A DNA stretch of 33,392 nucleotides, from assembly GCA_044356215.1 (NCBI GenBank), contig JBIKWQ010000033.1, positions 1 to 33,392 of the forward strand, in the 5' to 3' direction. The notes under the pieces are model-generated. The model did no database searches, was not told the DNA's origin, and was given only the letters and a program-made list of their open reading frames with translations. The translations under genes and the position numbers were made by a program. Source of the stretch: Bdellovibrionota bacterium. Its GTDB lineage: Bacteria > Bdellovibrionota_C > UBA2361 > OMII01. The stretch's first letter is position 1, and every line of letters starts with the position of its first letter. This document shows, piece by piece, positions 28,871 through 33,392 of this stretch.

Positions 28871-30114
28871 TTATTTGCGCCTTAGAAATTTAAGGATGCC
28901 ATCCGCTATGCCAGCAGCCAGCATCGAACGAAAGCCAGTATCTCCTAGTTTTCTACCTTCGATTGGATTATCAACGAAAAACATCTCTATAAGCGAACAC
29001 GGCATGTGTGCTCCTACGAGCACGAAAAATGGGGCTTTCTTTACCCCTAAAGAACGCAGCTCTTTATGGGACTTCATTACTTTTGATCGGAGTGACGTCT
29101 CTACCTCACGAGTTAGGTGGATTGAATCCTCGAGTTTCCCACTCTGAATTAAGTCGCTAAGCATAAACGATAAATCGTCAATACGATCACCAGCCGCGAC
29201 CCCGTTCTCTCTTTCCGCGAGTTTTCTGCTAGCCTCATCGTTAGTGTTATCGAGGTAATAAGCTTCCAAGCCCGCAGCATCGTGCTTCTCCGAAGCATTG
29301 ACATGTAAACTTACAAATACCGCGCCACCCTTTCTGTTTGCAAAGGCTGTTCTTCTGGCTAACGGGACAAACTTATCCTCTTCTCTCGTCAGTTGTACTT
29401 TTAGTTGATGACGACGCTCCAATAGAGCCTTTACCCTCCTGGCTATATCGAGCGTTATCTCCTTCTCCTCGCCTCCAAAGGGCGATACGGCTCCAGAGTC
29501 TCCACCACCATGACCCGGGTCAAGGACGATAACCGGTCCACTGTTAGCCCTAGTCCGGGCATCTCTGCCGCTAATTAAGCGGGGTACCTCCCTATCTTGA
29601 GAAGGCAAGAACCTTTTAAAAGTGCCGTTTCGTAAGCCTTGGAGGCGCTGCGTCGCCAGTTGGAATGCGCGACCTGGCGATCTTGCGGCGATCTCATAGT
29701 GAGATCTGGCCGCGTTATAGGAGCCAGCATAGAGATCTATGTCACCTGCGATTATGTTAGCGTCCTCGGCGCCTAGAGATTGAACAGCAAGCGCGGGCTT
29801 TATCATCAGCGCCGCGGCCGAGAGATAAGATCTATTTTTTGTTGACCTGTACAGCCTTAATTGGGTCTCAGCCCCAAGCACCCGTAGTTCAGTGGCCTCC
29901 GCGCCGCGTGTTCTGTCCACTACTTCGCGGATTCTTGACGCTAGGGCATCCCAGCTTTTTATGTGTGACGACTCTTCACCTGTCGGATCGATATTCCGGA
30001 GTCTAAAATACTCACCTCGAAGCTTAACGAGCGGGCTAGTCGGGGCCGCCATCACGAACGCCGGAAGCAGAACAACAAAGAGCGCCAGATATTTAACAAG
30101 AGACTTAATCTCAT
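28871..30114 (-). other. Amidase_3 (AmiA/AmiC-like) N-acetylmuramoyl-L-alanine amidase moiety with TPR-like N-region and embedded signal peptide
   Basis: IVLDPGHGG, EKEITL, LTREED, FVSLHVNAS, APFFVL and LIEMFF. The hydrophobic LALFVVLLPAFVMA sits at the junction with MutS. Confidence 0.85.
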
Positions 30115-32695
30115 AAAGAGTCTCAAGCGCCATGCGCGGTGAGAGAGAATCGGGATCAATGTTTTTTACATACTGCTTTAGCCGTAAATCCTCCGGGTCG
30201 CTCTTAGGTGCTGGAATAGTCACTACAGCGGGCTCAAAAAGCGAACGTTGCGGGTTCGTTTGGTATTCCACCGCTGAGGGTCGGGCTGGAATTTGAATCA
30301 AGATCTCTGCAGCTCTCGACAAAACCGATCCGGGTAGTCCGGAGAGTTTTGCTACCTCAAGGCCATAGGAGCGCGGAGCAGGACCGTCCTGGATAGCATG
30401 CGTGAACACCACACGATCGTCTTCCTCGACTGAACCCACAGAGAGATTGCGAATACGGCTCGACACCCTCTCTAAAGCCGTAATCTCGTGATAGTGCGTG
30501 GCGAATAAAGTTCGGCATCCGACCTCGAAAGACAATCGCTCAAGAATAGCTTGTGCCAGCGACTGCCCATCTGTGGTGGCGGTCCCCCTTCCTAGCTCGT
30601 CTATTAGCACCAGCGACCGCTCTGTGGCGTGGCTAAGTATATGAGCCGCTTCGCGCATCTCCACCATGAATGTCGACTCACCCTCATGAAGATCGTCCGC
30701 TGCGCCGAGCCGCGCGAAGATCCGATCAACGATGCCAATCTGCGCGGAGCTAGCAGGTACGTATGATCCCATCTGCGCCAAAACTGTAATTAGCGCGATC
30801 TGTCTAAGATAAGTCGATTTACCGCCCATATTAGGGCCAGTGATAATAAAGCAACGAGGCGCTTCAGCCCCAAAGGCTACGGAGTTCGGAATAAAGCTAC
30901 CGCCTAATATACGCTCGATAATCGGGTGACGACCACGATCTATCGATAAGACGCCCCCTTCGTCGACCTCAGGAGCAATCCATTGATTTACCTCCGCCGC
31001 TCTTGCCAGAGCCCCAAGCGCATCTAAAATAGAGAGCGACGAGGCTACCTTTCTTAGAGTCTCAACATAGATCGCCGCCTTATCGCGGAGTTCGGCGAAA
31101 AGTTTCATTTCTCGACGTACCTGGCGGTCCACCGCGGTTACAACCTGGTCCTCATATTTCTTTAGCTCTGGCGTCGTAAATCTCTCAGCGTTAGCTGTGC
31201 TCTGCCGTCGTTGGTAATGTTCCGGCACCTTAGATCCGTGCGCGGTTGGTACCTCAATAAAAAAACCGATCACATTATTCGACTTGACCTTCAGACTATT
31301 GATTCCCGTTGAACTTCTCTCAACCGACTCAAATTGAGCACGCCACTCATCAGCATTAGCTCTAACAGCGCGAATCTCGTCTAATTCTTGGTCGAACCCT
31401 GATTTAAAAATACCGCCGTCATTAGTAACATAAGGTGGAGAATCGACAAGCGAATCGCGCAACAGAATCCGTAAGTCAATCGGCACCGCTAAGCTGGCTA
31501 CGGCTTGTTTAATATCGTCGGATTGACAGTGTGCAAGCGCGTCCTGAAGCACCGGTATCTGCTCAAGCGTATCCCGAATCGCTCCAAGATCTTTAGGCGA
31601 GGCTACGCCAAGTTGCAGCCGGGCCGCTAACCGCTCGAGGTCGCTTAGACCACTTAGCACCTTGCTAATAGTGCCATAAAACTCTTTAAGCTCGAAAACT
31701 CCGGCTTGTCGCGCCTTAATTCGAACTAAATCAGCCAAAGGCGATACGATCCAAGACTTGAGCAACCTGGCCCCTCCAGGCGTCTCCGTTGCGTTAAGAA
31801 ACCCGAAGAGAGTCCCATTAGACGAGCCGTCCTTAGTGTTCTGTACTAACTCAAGATTACGCCGCGTCGCCGCATCTATTACAACTTGCCCAACTCCTCG
31901 CTGCAGCGATACCTCTCGTACAGGTAGCGAATTACCAAGTGATATCTCATCTAGATAATTTAAGAGCATGCGGGTCGCTCGCTTTGCCGCTGGACTAAGC
32001 GCATGGAATTCAGCTTGGGCATCTGTAGCCATGGCCTCCTCCGCGGCTACTGACCCTATAGCTTCAGGTCGAAACCGAATTGCTGCGGATCCAACAACCC
32101 CCTCAATGCCCCGAACCCACGAGGTTCGCCGATCGATCTTCTCGCCAGCTATTGACCGTGCAACAACAACCTCACGAACCATCCACCCGCCTAACTCACG
32201 CGGCAAGTTCACTAGATCTACCCCTTCCTTAACTCTGACGATTCCGGTCTGAGGGTCGGTACAAACAATCGCCGCGGAGCGATTTAATGAGTCAAGGGCG
32301 ACCGCCGCTATTAAGCTCTCTGTTGAGTCTGAGGATACACTCGTAAAGAGTCGCATGCCCGGTGTAACAAACCTCTCAAGAACTCGGTCAACTCCTTGAC
32401 CAGAACCCGTTTGGCTTACTACCGCCACCGAGAAACCGAGCGGCAGCAGCCGATCTATGTACCCATCGAGGACCGAGAGAGGCACCCCGCACATGGGGAC
32501 TGGCTCTGGGCTGTTTTTATCCCGAGACGTTAAAGTCAGATTAAGAGACTTAGCGACGGTAATAGCGTCGTCGTAAAAGAGCTCGTAAAAGTCCCCCACC
32601 TGAAAAAAGAGCAGCGCATCTGGATAACGCTCCTTGAACTCAAGGTAGCGCACCATCATCGGCGGAAGATTGTCTTTAGTCGCTGGATATCCCAC
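28871..32695 (-). CDS. mutS: DNA mismatch repair protein MutS, read in frame into a C-terminal N-acetylmuramoyl-L-alanine amidase
   Basis: PPMMVRY, GDFYELF, TGPNMGGKSTY, GESTFMVEM, DELGRGT, FATHYHE, SYGLEVA and the MutS-terminal LSPRMALETLY. No stop before the amidase part. Likely start is GTG 32695 (the ORF extends to 32776). Confidence 0.9.
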   Translation of the reverse strand: MGYPATKDNLPPMMVRYLEFKERYPDALLFFQVGDFYELFYDDAITVAKSLNLTLTSRDKNSPEPVPMCGVPLSVLDGYIDRLLPLGFSVAVVSQTGSGQGVDRVLERFVTPGMRLFTSVSSDSTESLIAAVALDSLNRSAAIVCTDPQTGIVRVKEGVDLVNLPRELGGWMVREVVVARSIAGEKIDRRTSWVRGIEGVVGSAAIRFRPEAIGSVAAEEAMATDAQAEFHALSPAAKRATRMLLNYLDEISLGNSLPVREVSLQRGVGQVVIDAATRRNLELVQNTKDGSSNGTLFGFLNATETPGGARLLKSWIVSPLADLVRIKARQAGVFELKEFYGTISKVLSGLSDLERLAARLQLGVASPKDLGAIRDTLEQIPVLQDALAHCQSDDIKQAVASLAVPIDLRILLRDSLVDSPPYVTNDGGIFKSGFDQELDEIRAVRANADEWRAQFESVERSSTGINSLKVKSNNVIGFFIEVPTAHGSKVPEHYQRRQSTANAERFTTPELKKYEDQVVTAVDRQVRREMKLFAELRDKAAIYVETLRKVASSLSILDALGALARAAEVNQWIAPEVDEGGVLSIDRGRHPIIERILGGSFIPNSVAFGAEAPRCFIITGPNMGGKSTYLRQIALITVLAQMGSYVPASSAQIGIVDRIFARLGAADDLHEGESTFMVEMREAAHILSHATERSLVLIDELGRGTATTDGQSLAQAILERLSFEVGCRTLFATHYHEITALERVSSRIRNLSVGSVEEDDRVVFTHAIQDGPAPRSYGLEVAKLSGLPGSVLSRAAEILIQIPARPSAVEYQTNPQRSLFEPAVVTIPAPKSDPEDLRLKQYVKNIDPDSLSPRMALETLYEIKSLVKYLALFVVLLPAFVMAAPTSPLVKLRGEYFRLRNIDPTGEESSHIKSWDALASRIREVVDRTRGAEATELRVLGAETQLRLYRSTKNRSYLSAAALMIKPALAVQSLGAEDANIIAGDIDLYAGSYNAARSHYEIAARSPGRAFQLATQRLQGLRNGTFKRFLPSQDREVPRLISGRDARTRANSGPVIVLDPGHGGGDSGAVSPFGGEEKEITLDIARRVKALLERRHQLKVQLTREEDKFVPLARRTAFANRKGGAVFVSLHVNASEKHDAAGLEAYYLDNTNDEASRKLAERENGVAAGDRIDDLSFMLSDLIQSGKLEDSIHLTREVETSLRSKVMKSHKELRSLGVKKAPFFVLVGAHMPCSLIEMFFVDNPIEGRKLGDTGFRSMLAAGIADGILKFLRRK

Positions 32696-32840
32696 GAAAA
32701 GCCCCCGAAGCCAAACGGTTAAAACCCCGATATAAAACCACTCTCTGATTAGGAATGCAAACTCACCAATTAGCAAAGTAAGCAGAATTTATTCCTCTGT
32801 ACCGAATTTTTTTCGACCCAGCGGCATCTGAATTGTTAGT

Positions 32841-33212
32841 ATGAAGAATCTTCTCTTAATCGATGATGACCCCGGAGTTCTTAGGGCGCTCTCGCTCCTT
32901 TTGCAGGCCTTCGGATACACGGTAGAGGCATTCTCCTCGGCCCTTGAGGCCTTTGAGTACCTGCGCAAGCCAAACCGCATCGAGGTCGTTCTAAGCGATC
33001 TACGGATGCCTGGTCTATCGGGGGAGGATGTTCTTAGGCATGTAAGAGCTGAGTTCGCTGAGCTGCCTGTTCTTATAATGTCAGGACACGCCACTGATGG
33101 AGATATCAGTAGGTTAAAAACGTTGGGGTTAAACGCCTTTCTTCCAAAGCCCTTTACACCCGCTCAGCTAAGCGCGGCGATGGCTACATTGGCGAATACG
33201 AAGGCAGCCTAG
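32841..33212 (+). CDS. Single-domain response regulator (CheY-like receiver)
   Basis: LLIDDD, LSDLRMPG (phospho-Asp), MSGH and KPF. Confidence 0.92.
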   Translation: MKNLLLIDDDPGVLRALSLLLQAFGYTVEAFSSALEAFEYLRKPNRIEVVLSDLRMPGLSGEDVLRHVRAEFAELPVLIMSGHATDGDISRLKTLGLNAFLPKPFTPAQLSAAMATLANTKAA

Positions 33213-33308
33213 AACGTACGCAGATGCACAAACGGCGTTATCGCCAGGCTATTTAGCCGATTTATTAGGGCGTCGCAGTGTTTTTGGTAAGCTGCTGAGA
33301 CAATTAGT

Positions 33309-33392
33309 AAAATATTTTTTACCACAGAGGACGCAGAGGACACAGAGAAAACCCCATAATTGCCCATAAAATGGCCGTTCTCTGTGTCCTCT
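33309..33392. repeat. REP/MITE-like palindromic repeat, copy 2 (truncated by the window end)
   Basis: 33309-33392 matches 2-85 in the same orientation with one mismatch (T46 vs C33353). Confidence 0.9.

Noticed and set aside
32696..32776. N-terminal extension of MutS given by the ORF track (start 32776)
   Set aside because: MutS homology begins at PPMMVRY, and the in-frame GTG at 32695 gives a normal N-terminus.
1..33392. Circular plasmid or excised element suggested by the terminal direct repeat plus T4SS
   Set aside because: The overlap is not identical (T46 vs C33353; C1 vs T33308), it is a palindromic repeat of the type that breaks assemblies, there is no rep/par/integrase gene, and the cargo is core housekeeping genes.

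Overview
Bacterial chromosomal fragment that begins and ends in copies of the same palindromic repeat, most likely the assembly break points. The left ~15 kb encodes a compact type IV secretion system (T4SS). A leftward operon carries a 681-aa membrane protein and a DotL/TrbC/TraD-type coupling ATPase. A divergent rightward operon carries F-type-like TraL, TraE, TraK, TraB, TraV and TraC/VirB4, a DotD-like lipoprotein, a second TraV-like lipoprotein, small unknown proteins, an SH3b protein, an M23 peptidase and a VirB2/TraA-like pilin. No relaxase, integrase, replicon, TraN/G/H/U/W/F or VirB11/DotB gene is visible in the window. The cluster runs straight into a membrane pseudokinase and housekeeping genes: ispG, a PRTase-like gene, tgt, queA, an SPFH gene, a degenerate UDG-like gene and coaBC. 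These are followed by a large Pro/Thr-repeat secreted protein with two DUF1554-like domains, an MBL hydrolase, an in-frame MutS-amidase fusion that a single missing base could explain, and a CheY-like receiver. The best candidate for an undescribed system is the apparently domesticated, non-conjugative F-type/Dot-Icm mosaic T4SS. All family calls come from recognising motifs by eye; no searches were run.
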